Positions 1 through 18,661 are shown, numbered from the stretch's first letter. The stretch: 64,000 bases of DNA from an uncultured Gemmatimonadales bacterium (GCA_963823035.1 CAWGKG010000014.1:192001-256000), one strand, 5' to 3'. The notes: generated by a model not told the origin, from the letters alone. A program made the numbers and translations.

Positions 1-25
1 AGCGCCCGGCTTCTGGGCTCGGGCG

Positions 26-59
26 AAAAAAAGAGCGCGGCTCATATTGCTGCGGCCTC
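26..59 (-). terminator. possible intrinsic terminator/attenuator downstream of rpsG
   Basis: Imperfect GC hairpin (GAGGCCGCAGC...GCCGCGCTC) followed by T7 on the minus strand. Confidence 0.35.
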
Positions 60-181
60 CAACGTGGAAGCTCGCAGACCGTCCGCGCTCACCGTGACCG
101 GAGAGGGCCCGCAGGCCATCGCGCGTCCCAAATTGTCTTGGCCCCTTCACCACGCGCGACGCGCGTGGTCGGGGGCGTCAC

Positions 182-652
182 CTACCAGCGATAGTGGGCG
201 AACGCCTTGTTCGCTTCCGCCATGCGGTGGGTGTCCTCCTTCTTCTTGATCGTCGATCCCTCGCTGCGGCTCGCCGCGAGGAGCTCGGCCGCCAGTCGCT
301 CGGCCATGCTCTTCTCGGACCGCGCGCGGGCGAAGGAGATCAGCCAACGCACCGCCAACGCCGTCCGGCGCTCGGGCCGCACCTCGATGGGCACCTGGTA
401 GGTCGCACCACCGACGCGCCGGCTCTTCACCTCGAGCGCGGGCTTCGCGTTGTTCAGGGCCTGCTGGAAGACGTTGAGCCCGGGCTGACCCGAGCGCTGC
501 TCCAGCAGCTCCATCGCGGTGTAGAAGATCGATTCGGCCGTCGACTTCTTGCCGTCGAGCATGAGGCTGTTGATGAACTTCGTGACCGTCTGCGACTCGA
601 ACCGCGGATCGGCAGGGGTCTCCCTGTGCTCGGCTTGCGAACGACGACTCAT
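182..652 (-). CDS. rpsG: 30S ribosomal protein S7
   Basis: 156 aa from MSRRSQ; motifs [15 protein letters not shown] and [13 protein letters not shown]. Confidence 0.98.
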   Translation of the reverse strand: MSRRSQAEHRETPADPRFESQTVTKFINSLMLDGKKSTAESIFYTAMELLEQRSGQPGLNVFQQALNNAKPALEVKSRRVGGATYQVPIEVRPERRTALAVRWLISFARARSEKSMAERLAAELLAASRSEGSTIKKKEDTHRMAEANKAFAHYRW

Positions 653-663
653 CGGATCTCCGT

Positions 664-1035
664 CTACTTGGGCCGCTTGGCCCCGTACTTGGAACGCGAC
701 TGCCGCCGCCCGTCCACGCCCGAGGCGTCGAGCGTGCCGCGGATGATGTGGTAACGGACGCCGGGGAGGTCCTTCACACGGCCACCCCGGATGAGCACGA
801 TCGAGTGCTCCTGCAGGTTGTGTCCCTCGCCGGGGATGTAGGCCGTGACCTCGTAGCCGTTCGTGAGGCGCACACGGGCGACCTTCCGAAGCGCCGAGTT
901 CGGCTTCTTCGGCGTCGTCGTGTACACACGCGTGCAGACCCCGCGCTTCTGCGGGTTCTTCTGGAGCGCCGGCGCCTTGTTCTTCTTCGTGACGGCCTGG
1001 CGGCCCTTCCGCACGAGCTGGCTGATGGTCGGCAT
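664..1035 (-). CDS. rpsL: 30S ribosomal protein S12
   Basis: [10 protein letters not shown]...[11 protein letters not shown]...[12 protein letters not shown]. Confidence 0.99.
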   Translation of the reverse strand: MPTISQLVRKGRQAVTKKNKAPALQKNPQKRGVCTRVYTTTPKKPNSALRKVARVRLTNGYEVTAYIPGEGHNLQEHSIVLIRGGRVKDLPGVRYHIIRGTLDASGVDGRRQSRSKYGAKRPK

Positions 1036-1129
1036 GGATCCCCGATTCGTGAAAAAACGCGTCCTGGACCCCTTGGTCGTGACGCGCTCGGCCGCTCGGA
1101 CCCCGAGGGGCCTTGCGACAGAGCATGGA

Positions 1130-1158
1130 AAGGTAGAAGGCACTCCAGGGGGTGTCAA
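1130..1158 (-). promoter_or_regulatory. sigma70-type promoter of the rpsL operon
   Basis: TTGACA-17 bp-TACCTT about 95 bp upstream of rpsL. Confidence 0.8.
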
Positions 1159-1302
1159 CGGGCGGGCGGCATTGTGCGGTGTGGGATTTCAGAGGGCACG
1201 CCTTCCCCTTTCTCCCGGGGATCGTGATACTCGTTGCGCCCGTTTCGCCGACCGACCGCGGAAGGGCCGCCGAGACCCGCCATCCCAGAAGGACCCTCCG
1301 CC

Positions 1303-2538
1303 ATGTCCAGGCTCTCCTTCCCCAAGGAGAACATCCGCATCCTCCTCCTGGAAGGGATCGATCCCAGCGCGGTCGAGGCCTTCCGAAGCCACGGCTACAC
1401 CAACGTCGAGCTGGTAGCCGGGGCCCCGGAGGAGGACGAGCTCGTCTCCCGGATCCGCGACGTGCACATCCTGGGGATCCGCTCCCGGACGCGCCTGACG
1501 CGGCGCGCGATCGAGGCCGCCCCGAAGCTCTTCTGCGTGGGTTGCTTCTGCATCGGCACGAACCAGGTGGCGCTCGACGAGGCGAAGCGGGCCGGAATCC
1601 CCGTGTTCAACGCGCCATACTCCAACACCCGCTCGGTGGCCGAGCTCGTGATCGGTGAGGTGATCCTCCTCATCCGCGGCATCCCCGAGCGGGCGGCGCA
1701 CGCCAGGCGGGGTGGCTGGCTCAAGACGTCGTCCGACGCCTCCGAGGTGAGGGGCAAGACGCTGGGCATCGTCGGGTACGGCCACATCGGCTCCCAGGTG
1801 TCGGTGCTGGCGGAGACGCTGGGCATGCAGGTGATCTACCACGACATCGCGCCGAAGCTCAGCATCGGCAACGCCCGTCCGTGCACCACCCTGGACGACC
1901 TGCTCGAGCAGGCGGACGCCGTCACCCTGCACGTCCCGGCGACCCGCGAGACCGAGGACCTCATCGGCCCCCACGAGCTCGCGCGCATGCGGCCGGGTTC
2001 GGTGCTGCTCAACCTGTCGCGGGGGAACGTCGTGGACATCGACGCCTTGACCGAGGCGCTTCGGGCGGGTCACCTGCGCGGTGCGGCCATCGACGTCTTC
2101 CCGACGGAGCCGGCTTCCCCGGCGGAGGCCTTCACGTCCCCGCTGCAGGCGTTCGACAACGTCATCCTCACCCCGCACGTGGGTGGATCCACCCGTGAGG
2201 CACAGGCCAACATCGGAGTCGAGGTCGCCGAGAAGCTGGCACGCTACTCGGACAACGGCACGACGCTCGGCGCGGTGAACTTCGTGGAGGTCGCGCTCCC
2301 CTCGCATGGGGGGGCGACCCGATTCCTCCACATCCACCGCAACATCCCCGGCGTGCTGACCCACATCAACGAGGTGTTCTCGACACGGAGCCTGAACGTC
2401 GCGGCGCAGTACCTGCGCACGGACGGGGAGGTCGGCTACGTGGTGGTGGACGTCGACGGGGACCTGGACGGCGGGGAGAGCATCCGGCGGGACCTCGAGG
2501 TCGTCGACGGGACGATCCGCACCCGCTTCCTGACGTAG
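1303..2538 (+). CDS. serA: D-3-phosphoglycerate dehydrogenase (E. coli type, C-terminal ACT domain)
   Basis: [42 protein letters not shown] domain. Confidence 0.95.
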   Translation: MSRLSFPKENIRILLLEGIDPSAVEAFRSHGYTNVELVAGAPEEDELVSRIRDVHILGIRSRTRLTRRAIEAAPKLFCVGCFCIGTNQVALDEAKRAGIPVFNAPYSNTRSVAELVIGEVILLIRGIPERAAHARRGGWLKTSSDASEVRGKTLGIVGYGHIGSQVSVLAETLGMQVIYHDIAPKLSIGNARPCTTLDDLLEQADAVTLHVPATRETEDLIGPHELARMRPGSVLLNLSRGNVVDIDALTEALRAGHLRGAAIDVFPTEPASPAEAFTSPLQAFDNVILTPHVGGSTREAQANIGVEVAEKLARYSDNGTTLGAVNFVEVALPSHGGATRFLHIHRNIPGVLTHINEVFSTRSLNVAAQYLRTDGEVGYVVVDVDGDLDGGESIRRDLEVVDGTIRTRFLT

Positions 2539-2548
2539 CGGCCCGCGT

Positions 2549-2797
2549 TCAGCCGCCGCCGGGATCCGTCGACCCGGGAGGCGCGACCGCCCACGGTGCC
2601 GTGGGACCCGGCAACGGTGCAACCTCGAATCCACCGACGAGATTGCTCTCCTTCCCCTTCTTGTCGCCGCCCTTCTTGTGGGAGACCGCGGCCTGGGCCA
2701 GGAGCGACGACGGGGCGGACATCGACACCACCACGGGCGCGGCGTAGGCCGCGTTCTTCGCCAGCTTCAGCAGGAACTCCCTGCGGGACGGGTCCAT
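2549..2797 (-). CDS. 82-aa putative RiPP-like precursor / Tat-signal peptide
   Basis: GGAGGT RBS; MDPSRREFLLK twin-Arg motif, YAAP motif, Lys/Gly-rich segment; last gene after kinase-PqqD-methyltransferase. Confidence 0.7.
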   Translation of the reverse strand: MDPSRREFLLKLAKNAAYAAPVVVSMSAPSSLLAQAAVSHKKGGDKKGKESNLVGGFEVAPLPGPTAPWAVAPPGSTDPGGG

Positions 2798-2883
2798 CGT
2801 GGTGCCGCACCTCCGTGGGGCGCATGCCATCCGGCGGCAGGACGCGCGCCTCGGTTCCCCACGCCCCGCCTTGGAGGATAACG

Positions 2884-3861
2884 CTAGACGGCCGGGCCGG
2901 GCGAGTCGGCCGCGTCCGCGTCGAGGTCCTCGATCCCGAGCGCGAGGGCGGCGAATTCGTGGCCTCGCCGCGACTCGCCGCTGCAGGCCGCCTGCCAGGT
3001 CAGCCACCCGGGCGCGCCGGCCGGATGCGCTTCACGGCGGACCGCGACCGTGACGCGCCCGCCCGCGGGAACCTCCAGGGGCGGATCGAGCGGCAGGAGC
3101 ACCTGGCCCCAGGGCTCGCCCACCAGGTTGGGCTCGTTGGAGAACCAGATCCCGGGCGCGATCTCGAGGTCGAACCAGAGCGCCAGGGCGTGGACGGTAC
3201 CGGAGGCCGTGGCCTGCCAGGCCCCCTCGACGGACAGGGCCTCGGGTGCGGGCAGAGGCAGAAGGGGAAACCGGGCCGAGCGCACGGGGGGCGCCAGGAG
3301 CTCCGACGGGGCGAGGTGCCCCTGCCGGGGATGGTGCGCGAGGAGCTCGTGGAGGGGCGTCCAGTCGAGGCCCCCGGTGGGACTTTCGTCCGGCGGAGCG
3401 AGGAAGCGGCGCCTCTGCGCCTCCGACTGAACCGGGCCCACGCTCAACCGGGCCGCGCAGGGCACCATGCGCCCGCCCTCGGCCAGGGTCTCGGACTGGA
3501 CGCGCGCCAGGAGGGCGTACGTGCGCGCATCCAGCAGCGTGGTCGTGAAGTCCTCGAAGATCAGGACGTCGATCCCGGTCGGGAGGGGAAGCTCGGCGGC
3601 GTCGCCGTGCAGGCACTCGACGGTCCCGGTGAGACCGTTCGCGGCCGCGAGGCCCCGCGCGACGTGCGCGACCCGATCCCGCTCCACGGCCCACACCTTC
3701 CCGGCCCCGGCGCGGGCGGCGAAGAAGGCGTACGTCCCGAGGCCGCTGCCGAGGTCGAGCACGCGGTCACCCGCGCGCACCGCGGCGCGTATTCCGTCGC
3801 GGAAGGCCAGGATCCTGCGTCGTCCGTGGAGGAGGTCGGCGTAGTAGCCCAGGTCGGTCAT
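2884..3861 (-). CDS. class I SAM methyltransferase, PRMT-like architecture
   Basis: VLDLGSGLG, VWAVE, DVLIFE, GGRMVP and C-terminal beta-barrel motifs HALALWFD...EPWGQVLLPL; ATGA overlap with PqqD gene. Confidence 0.85.
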   Translation of the reverse strand: MTDLGYYADLLHGRRRILAFRDGIRAAVRAGDRVLDLGSGLGTYAFFAARAGAGKVWAVERDRVAHVARGLAAANGLTGTVECLHGDAAELPLPTGIDVLIFEDFTTTLLDARTYALLARVQSETLAEGGRMVPCAARLSVGPVQSEAQRRRFLAPPDESPTGGLDWTPLHELLAHHPRQGHLAPSELLAPPVRSARFPLLPLPAPEALSVEGAWQATASGTVHALALWFDLEIAPGIWFSNEPNLVGEPWGQVLLPLDPPLEVPAGGRVTVAVRREAHPAGAPGWLTWQAACSGESRRGHEFAALALGIEDLDADAADSPGPAV

Positions 3862-4130
3862 CGCAGCAGGCCCTCCCGCGCGAACGTCTCCAGGGCGTCT
3901 CGGACGTCCCGCTGTGCGTCGGCCTCGGCCGGCGGCACGTCGAAGGCCCCCCGCACGGCCTCCACCATCGCGTCCAGGTCGTGCGCGCCGTCGCAGTGCG
4001 ACCAGACGAGGGCGGCCGTCAGGTTCAGCACGTGGAGGCCGCGCGTCCCGGGATCGTACAGCACCCATTGCTCCGCGAGCCGACGGAAGACCACGTCCTC
4101 GCGCCGCTCGGGTCGGAGCGGCGCCCTCAT
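3858..4130 (-). CDS. PqqD-family / RiPP recognition element protein
   Basis: 90 aa; VLYDP...LHVLNLTAALVWSHCDG...DVRDALETFAREGLL is the PqqD pattern. Confidence 0.9.
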   Translation of the reverse strand: MRAPLRPERREDVVFRRLAEQWVLYDPGTRGLHVLNLTAALVWSHCDGAHDLDAMVEAVRGAFDVPPAEADAQRDVRDALETFAREGLLR

Positions 4131-4161
4131 CGGTCGAGGGCTCGGATCGCGTCCCCCACCC

Positions 4162-5046
4162 TCACGGGGAGACCTCCCCGGCGAGTTCCGCGAGCACCTC
4201 GGCAGCGTCCTCCGCCGAGCCGAAGCGCAGTGCGACGAGGATGGCGCTCTCGGCGATCGTCGCCAGACGCCCCACGCTGTCCGAGGGTTCCAGCCCCGCC
4301 TCCATCACGTGGTCGAGGAGGGCGCGCAGTCCCTCCGCGGCGGAGAGCGGCGTCACGCTCGGACGTGCCCCGGGCTCGAACGCCACCCGGGCCACCAACG
4401 CGACCTTCGACCACCGCCGGCTCCACCCCCCACCCCATTCGTGCGCGTCCCACCAGAGTTCATTCGACCGCGGGTCGGGCGCCACGGTGTCGGCCTCGCG
4501 CAGGCCATGCTCCCGCAGGAGCTCCCGCTCGACCTTCACCAGCCGGGGCACCCCGAGCACCCGTCCGTCGGAGCCGACCAGGACGATGTCGTCGGCGAGG
4601 AGACGGTGGCCCGCACGCGACCAAGCGAGCGCGAGGCTCGACTTCCCCGCCCCCGGGGCACCGAGCGCGAGGATCGCCCGACCGCCGACCATGGCGCCCG
4701 AGGCGTGCAGATGGGTCTCGTGACGATGGCCGGCCAGGAGGTGCGTGAGCACCGCGAACTCCGTGGCCGCGAGGAGCGAGGGGAGTCCCCGGAATCGGCG
4801 AGCGCGGAACGACTTTCCGGTGCCGATGTCCCGAAGGGACCACGAGGCGCCTGCCCGCCCGACCTCGAGCACGGCGCCAGCTCCCCCACCCGCCCCCGCG
4901 ACGAGGGGCCGGAAGAGGCTCGCGACCGCGTCCGCCGTACCCGGATCGGGCGTGAGGACCGTGACGCGGCTCCGCCGCAAGGCGAAGCGTACCTCGACGT
5001 CCGCGGATGTCGCGGCCTTCTCCGTGGTGGTCGTCTCGTGTTCCAT
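4162..5046 (-). CDS. HPr kinase-related P-loop kinase
   Basis: LHASG...GAPGAGKSSLA (Walker A)...LLADD. Confidence 0.85.
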   Translation of the reverse strand: MEHETTTTEKAATSADVEVRFALRRSRVTVLTPDPGTADAVASLFRPLVAGAGGGAGAVLEVGRAGASWSLRDIGTGKSFRARRFRGLPSLLAATEFAVLTHLLAGHRHETHLHASGAMVGGRAILALGAPGAGKSSLALAWSRAGHRLLADDIVLVGSDGRVLGVPRLVKVERELLREHGLREADTVAPDPRSNELWWDAHEWGGGWSRRWSKVALVARVAFEPGARPSVTPLSAAEGLRALLDHVMEAGLEPSDSVGRLATIAESAILVALRFGSAEDAAEVLAELAGEVSP

Positions 5047-5071
5047 GCGGTGAAAGGTACCCGACGACGAA

Positions 5072-5098
5072 GAGGGGCGCCCCGACGGGACGCCCCTC
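5072..5098 (-). terminator. hairpin after rpoC (weak U tract)
   Basis: GAGGGGCGTCCC-GTC-GGGGCGCCCCTC followed by TTCGTCGT. Confidence 0.55.
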
Positions 5099-5126
5099 GC
5101 GTTCGTACCTGGGCGGCCGGCGACGC

Positions 5127-9455
<4,329 letters not shown>

Positions 9456-9460
9456 GTCGC

Positions 9461-13684
<4,224 letters not shown>

Positions 13685-13907
13685 CTTGTGTCCCCCTTAC
13701 GGGACCCGCTCGCGACGGGACCCGGGCGTCTCGGGTTCACCTTGAGCGTCAAGCACGCGAATCCCCGGTCCACAGGCACAACCCCACCTGGGGGTGCCCG
13801 TGTCGGGGACCCTCGCGCTCGACCCTCGGCTGCCGCGACCCCCGCGGCTGCCTCGGATCCGGAGCGATCGCAGTTCTCTCACGAACTGGCGTATTCTCCG
13901 ATCCTTT

Positions 13908-14282
13908 TTACTTGAGAGCGACCGCCGCTCCAACCTCTTCCAACTTGGCCTTGATCTGCTCGGCATCGGCCTTGCCGACGGCCTCCTTGACCGTGCCCGG
14001 CGCACTGTCCACCAGGTCCTTGGCCTCCTTCAGGCCCAGGCCGGTGATCTCGCGCACCACCTTGATGACCTGGATCTTCTTGTCGCCGGCGCTCTCGAGA
14101 ACGACGTCGAACTCGTCCTTCTCCTCGGCCACCGCCGCAGCCTCGCCGCCCCCGGCCATGGCCACCGGAGCGGCCATCGCCTGGACGTTGAACTTCTCCT
14201 TGAACGCCTCGACGAACTCCGACAACTCGAGCACCGTCATGTTGCCGATCGTGTCGAGCAGATCCTCGTGCTTCGTCGCCAT
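13908..14282 (-). CDS. rplL: 50S ribosomal protein L7/L12
   Basis: [10 protein letters not shown]...[18 protein letters not shown]. Confidence 0.98.
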   Translation of the reverse strand: MATKHEDLLDTIGNMTVLELSEFVEAFKEKFNVQAMAAPVAMAGGGEAAAVAEEKDEFDVVLESAGDKKIQVIKVVREITGLGLKEAKDLVDSAPGTVKEAVGKADAEQIKAKLEEVGAAVALK

Positions 14283-14389
14283 CTCCCGCTTCCTCCTGAC
14301 TCGTTCCGGCCGTCGCCGGCGATTGGGTTGACCCTGTTTCGCTCACCAGGGACGCGCCCGCGTCCCCACTACTGCCCGGGAACCGGGCG

Positions 14390-14920
14390 CTAACCGCCTT
14401 CTCCCAGCCGCTTCTCGCGAAGCGCGTCGATCAGGCCGGCCATTTCCTGCAGCTTCGCCTCGAGCGCCATCGCCAGCATCGCCGTGGGCGCATGCAAGGC
14501 GCCGGCGAGCTGAGCGAGCAGCTGTTCCCTCGAGGGAAGCCTCGCCAGCCGGTCGATCTGCTCGGGCTGGAGAACCTGATTCTCCAGGATGCCGAGCTTG
14601 AACGCCGGCCGGTTGTCGTGCTCCTTCGCGAAGTCCGTCAGCGCCTTGGCGGGCGAGACCACGTCCTCGTAGCCGAGGACGACGCCGGTCGGTCCGACCA
14701 TGTCCTCGAAGATGTTCGGCAGCTCCGTATCGCCGAACGCGAGGCGCGCCAGACGGTTCTTCACCACCACGTACTCGGCCCCGTTCGCGCGGAGCGAGCG
14801 GCGCAGCTTCGTGATGGACTTGACGTCCAGCCCCGTGAAGTCCGTCAGATAGACCACGGGAGCCTTGGTGATGCGCTCGCGCAGCTCCGCGACGAACGCC
14901 TCCTTCTCCGTGCGGTTCAT
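14390..14920 (-). CDS. rplJ: 50S ribosomal protein L10
   Basis: VVKNRLA, LARLPSREQLLAQL; synteny. Confidence 0.97.
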   Translation of the reverse strand: MNRTEKEAFVAELRERITKAPVVYLTDFTGLDVKSITKLRRSLRANGAEYVVVKNRLARLAFGDTELPNIFEDMVGPTGVVLGYEDVVSPAKALTDFAKEHDNRPAFKLGILENQVLQPEQIDRLARLPSREQLLAQLAGALHAPTAMLAMALEAKLQEMAGLIDALREKRLGEGG

Positions 14921-15615
14921 CAGGCCCTCCGATACAGGTTCGGGTCGATGGACACGCCCGGTCCCATGGTGCTCGAGACCGTCACGCTCTTCACGTAGGT
15001 CCCCTTGGCGCCCGACGGCTTCGCGCGCACGATCTGGTCCATGAAGGAGCCGAGGTTCTCGGCGAGTTGCGCCTCGGAGAACGAGATCTTCCCGATCGGC
15101 GCGTGCACGTTGCCCGTCTTGTCCACGCGGAACTCGATCTTGCCCGCCTTGATCTCCCTGACTGCACGCTCGACGTCCAGCGTCACGGTTCCGGCCTTCG
15201 GGGTCGGCATGAGACCGCGGGGACCCAGCACCCGGCCCAGCGGACCCACCTTCCCCATGAGGTCCGGCGTCGCGACGCAGACGTCGAAGTCGAGCCAGCC
15301 TTCCTTGATCTTGTCGATGTATTCGGTGCCCACGAAGTCGGCGCCGGCGTTCTCGGCCTCCTGGGCCTTGTCGCCCTGGGCGATGACCAACACACGCACA
15401 GCCTTACCTGTACCGTGGGGAAGCACGACAGTTCCCCTGACGATCTGGTCGGCCCTGCGGGGGTCCACGCCGAGGCGCGTCGCCACCTCGACGGTCTCGT
15501 CGAACTTCGCGAACGCGAGCTCCTTGACGATCTTCACCGCCTCGTCCGGAGCGAACCTGGCGCCTGCGGGCACCGCAGTGCGGGCCGCGGCGTATCGCTT
15601 TCCTAGCTTTGGCAT
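14920..15615 (-). CDS. rplA: 50S ribosomal protein L1
   Basis: [35 protein letters not shown]. Confidence 0.98.
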   Translation of the reverse strand: MPKLGKRYAAARTAVPAGARFAPDEAVKIVKELAFAKFDETVEVATRLGVDPRRADQIVRGTVVLPHGTGKAVRVLVIAQGDKAQEAENAGADFVGTEYIDKIKEGWLDFDVCVATPDLMGKVGPLGRVLGPRGLMPTPKAGTVTLDVERAVREIKAGKIEFRVDKTGNVHAPIGKISFSEAQLAENLGSFMDQIVRAKPSGAKGTYVKSVTVSSTMGPGVSIDPNLYRRA

Positions 15616-15660
15616 GGCATCCGAGCCGTCTCGTGACCCTCCCACCGCTGGCGGCTCTCA

Positions 15661-15703
15661 GGCGGTGGTAACGGGCTGAAGCGTGTGCTTCGTCCTTCCG
15701 TGC
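15661..15703 (-). promoter_or_regulatory. possible L1-binding autoregulatory leader upstream of rplA
   Basis: GGAAGG...CCCGTTACCAC in the rplK-rplA spacer resembles L1 mRNA target motifs; not verified by folding. Confidence 0.35.
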
Positions 15704-15721
15704 AGCGGGCTTCCCCGCTCC

Positions 15722-16147
15722 CTACCCCTCCACCTCCACGCCCATCGACCGCGCCGTGCCGGCGATCTGCCGCATGGCGCCCTCGACGTCGTTCGCGTTC
15801 AGGTCGGGCATCTTGCTCTCGGCGATCTGACGGAGCTGAGCCTGCGTCAGCTTGCCCACCTTCTCACGGTTCGGAACGCCGGATCCCTTCGGGATGCCCA
15901 GGGCGCGCTGGATGAGCACGGCCGCCGGCGGCGTCTTCGTGATGAAGGTGAAGGACCGGTCGGCGAAGACCGTGATCTCCACCGGAGTCGTGATGCCCTG
16001 CTTGTCCTGCGTCCGCGCGTTGAACTGCTTGCAGAACTCCATGATGTTCACGCCGTGCTGGCCCAACGCGGGGCCCACGGGCGGAGCCGGGTTGGCCTGG
16101 CCACCCGGCACGTGGAGCTTGATGAACCCGATGACCTTCTTCGCCAT
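15722..16147 (-). CDS. rplK: 50S ribosomal protein L11
   Basis: [26 protein letters not shown]. Confidence 0.99.
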   Translation of the reverse strand: MAKKVIGFIKLHVPGGQANPAPPVGPALGQHGVNIMEFCKQFNARTQDKQGITTPVEITVFADRSFTFITKTPPAAVLIQRALGIPKGSGVPNREKVGKLTQAQLRQIAESKMPDLNANDVEGAMRQIAGTARSMGVEVEG

Positions 16148-16148
16148 C

Positions 16149-16694
16149 TCAGTAGCCCTTCAGCTGTGTGTAGTCGAGCTCCACCGAAGTGGGCCGTCCG
16201 AAGAGGGAGACCTCCACCTTCACCTTCCCCTTGTCGGCGTAGACCTCCTGGACCGTCCCGGAGAAATCCGTGAAGGGGCCCTGGGTGATCTCGACGACCT
16301 GCCCTGTGTGGAAGGGGATCTCCTCGCGCGTCGTCTCCTCCTCGGGCGCCTCGACGCCGAGGATCTTGTTGATCTCCTCGTCCCGCAGCGGCTGGGGGGA
16401 CTTCCCCGAGCCGACGAACTTGATGACGCCCTGGATGTTGTTGATGGCGTGCAGGGTCCGTTCGTTCATGGCCATGCTCACCAGCACGTATCCCGGATAG
16501 AGCCGCTTGGTGACGGTCACGCGCTTGCCGTTGCGGATCTCGACCACCTCCTGCGTCGGCACGAGGACGTCCCGGATCTCCTTCTCCTCCGGCTCTCCCA
16601 CCTCTTCCTCGATGCGGCGCTGAATCAGCTTCTGGACCTTGTTCTCGTGTCCGGAATAGGTCTGCACCGCGTACCAGCGCGTATCGGTCATCAT
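16149..16694 (-). CDS. nusG: transcription termination/antitermination factor NusG
   Basis: [24 protein letters not shown] motif GPFTDFSG. Confidence 0.98.
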   Translation of the reverse strand: MMTDTRWYAVQTYSGHENKVQKLIQRRIEEEVGEPEEKEIRDVLVPTQEVVEIRNGKRVTVTKRLYPGYVLVSMAMNERTLHAINNIQGVIKFVGSGKSPQPLRDEEINKILGVEAPEEETTREEIPFHTGQVVEITQGPFTDFSGTVQEVYADKGKVKVEVSLFGRPTSVELDYTQLKGY

Positions 16695-16903
16695 GCGCCG
16701 AACAGGTTCATGATCTGGGCGAGCAGCAAGCGGATCACCGAGTCCATCCCCCAGATGATCAGGGAGATGGCGACCGTGAACGCGATCACCACCAGCGTGG
16801 CGTTCTGAAGCTGGTCCCGGTCGGGCCAGGTGACCTTCTGCAGCTCCGTCCACGATTCCTCGAGGAAGGTGCGCGTGCTCTTGACTCTGTCGACGACGGC
16901 CAT
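16691..16903 (-). CDS. secE: preprotein translocase subunit SecE
   Basis: ELQKVTWP plus one TM helix; upstream of nusG. Confidence 0.95.
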   Translation of the reverse strand: MAVVDRVKSTRTFLEESWTELQKVTWPDRDQLQNATLVVIAFTVAISLIIWGMDSVIRLLLAQIMNLFGA

Positions 16904-16906
16904 GGC

Positions 16907-17056
16907 CTACTTCGTCTCTTTGTGCGGCGTGTGATTGCGGCAACGTGGGCAGAACTTCTTGTACTCCACCCGCTCCGGATGAAGCCGCTTGTTCTTCGTC
17001 TGCGAGTAGTTGCGCTCCTGGCAGACGGTGCAGGACAGAATGACTTTGTCGCGCAT
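16907..17056 (-). CDS. rpmG: 50S ribosomal protein L33 (Zn-binding form)
   Basis: 49 aa, CTVC...KKFCPRCRNHTPHKETK. Confidence 0.97.
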   Translation of the reverse strand: MRDKVILSCTVCQERNYSQTKNKRLHPERVEYKKFCPRCRNHTPHKETK

Positions 17057-17100
17057 GGGTCGTGGTGCTCCTTCTCTTGCCCGGCTCTCTTCTTCGGCGC

Positions 17101-17234
17101 GGGCCCCGAGCCGGCGGGCGTCGCGACGAGACCGCTCGGCCGCCGGTCTCCGTATCCTCTTGCTGCTCCCCTTGCCTCGCTCGGCCGCTACGCGCGGCCG
17201 AGTCTCGCTGCGGTCGCCCGCCGGCTCGGGGCCC
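17101..17234. repeat. perfect 20-bp inverted repeat enclosing two hairpins
   Basis: GGGCCCCGAGCCGGCGGGCG (17101-17120) is the exact reverse complement of 17215-17234. Confidence 0.85.
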
Positions 17235-17366
17235 TCACTGTCCTTGCGGTACCGCGGCTCTTCGGGCTTCACTCGGGCCGCGGGCCCTTGTTTACACGTC
17301 GGTGGGCCGGTTCCTGGCTCCGACGCTTCGCGCTGCGTGGCCTCGTCCTCTTGCTTCCTTCCTCGG

Positions 17367-18557
17367 TTACTCCAGGATCTCGGTGACTACGCCGGCGCCT
17401 ACCGTCCTTCCTCCCTCTCGGATGGCGAAGCGTAGCTCCTTGTCCATGGCGATGGGGGTGATGAGCTCCACCTCCATCTGCACGTTGTCCCCGGGCATGA
17501 CCATCTCGATGCCTTCGGGGAGGCGTGCGGCCCCGGTGACGTCGGTCGTCCGGAAGTAGAACTGCGGCCGGTAGCCGTCGAAGAACGGCGTGTGGCGGCC
17601 GCCCTCCTCCTTCGTGAGGACGTAGACCTCGGCCTTGAACTTCGTGTGCGGCGTGATCGCGCCCGGCTTGGCGAGCACCTGGCCGCGCTCGATCTCGTCC
17701 TTCCCGACCCCGCGCAGGAGGAGCCCGACGTTGTCGCCGGCCCGGCCCTCGTCGAGGAGCTTCCGGAACATCTCGACCCCGGTCACGACCGTCTTGCGGC
17801 TGTCGCCCATGCCGACGATCTCGACCTCCTCACCCTGCTTCACGATGCCCCGCTCGATACGTCCCGTCGCGACCGTTCCGCGCCCCGTGATCGAGAAGAC
17901 GTCCTCGACGGGCATGAGGAACGGACGGTCGATGTCGCGCTCCGGCTCCGGGATGTAGGAGTCGATGGCGTCCATCAGCTCCTGGATGCATTCCGCGTCC
18001 GGTCCCTCGCCCCCGGCCTCGAGCGCCTTGAGCGCCGAGCCCTGGATGACCGGAATCTCCTCACCGGGGAAGTTGTACTCGGTGAGCAGCTCGCGGACCT
18101 CGAGCTCGACCAGCTCCAGCAGCTCGGGGTCGTCGACCATGTCCACCTTGTTCATGAACACCACGATGTACGGCACGTTCACCTGGTACGCGAGCAGGAT
18201 GTGCTCGCGCGTCTGCGGCATCGGGCCGTCCGCAGCGCTCACCACCAGGATGGCGCCGTCCATCTGCGCCGCCCCGGTGATCATGTTCTTCACGTAGTCG
18301 GCGTGCCCGGGGCAGTCGACGTGCGCATAGTGACGCTTCGCCGTCTGGTACTCGACGTGCGCGGTCGCGATCGTGATCCCGCGCGCACGCTCCTCCGGAG
18401 CCTTGTCGATCTGGTCGAACGCGACGACGTCCCCGCCGAACTTCTTGGCCTGGGCGATCGTGATGGCAGCCGTGAGCGTCGTCTTCCCGTGATCGACGTG
18501 GCCGATCGTTCCGACGTTCACATGCGGCTTGGTGCGCTCGAACTTCGCCTTGCCCAT
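17367..18557 (-). CDS. tuf: elongation factor Tu
   Basis: [18 protein letters not shown]; 396 aa. Confidence 0.99.
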   Translation of the reverse strand: MGKAKFERTKPHVNVGTIGHVDHGKTTLTAAITIAQAKKFGGDVVAFDQIDKAPEERARGITIATAHVEYQTAKRHYAHVDCPGHADYVKNMITGAAQMDGAILVVSAADGPMPQTREHILLAYQVNVPYIVVFMNKVDMVDDPELLELVELEVRELLTEYNFPGEEIPVIQGSALKALEAGGEGPDAECIQELMDAIDSYIPEPERDIDRPFLMPVEDVFSITGRGTVATGRIERGIVKQGEEVEIVGMGDSRKTVVTGVEMFRKLLDEGRAGDNVGLLLRGVGKDEIERGQVLAKPGAITPHTKFKAEVYVLTKEEGGRHTPFFDGYRPQFYFRTTDVTGAARLPEGIEMVMPGDNVQMEVELITPIAMDKELRFAIREGGRTVGAGVVTEILE

Positions 18558-18589
18558 CCTGCGTCCTCAATTCGTTGTGCAGCTTCGAG

Positions 18590-18661
18590 AGCTCTGGGCG
18601 GGGATTGAACCCGCGACCTCCTCCTTACCAAGGAGGCGCTCTACCACTGAGCTACCAGAGC
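18590..18661 (-). tRNA. tRNA-Thr(GGT)
   Basis: Cloverleaf GCTCTGG...CCAGAGC, anticodon loop CTTGGTAA; CCA not encoded. Confidence 0.95.

Noticed and set aside
2549..5046. Lasso peptide or PQQ biosynthesis cluster
   Set aside because: No asparagine-synthetase-like cyclase, B2 protease, or pqqB/C/E genes
16900..17366. tRNA-Trp often found near rpmG/secE
   Set aside because: rpmG and secE are 3 bp apart and the tuf-rpmG spacer has no T-loop or cloverleaf
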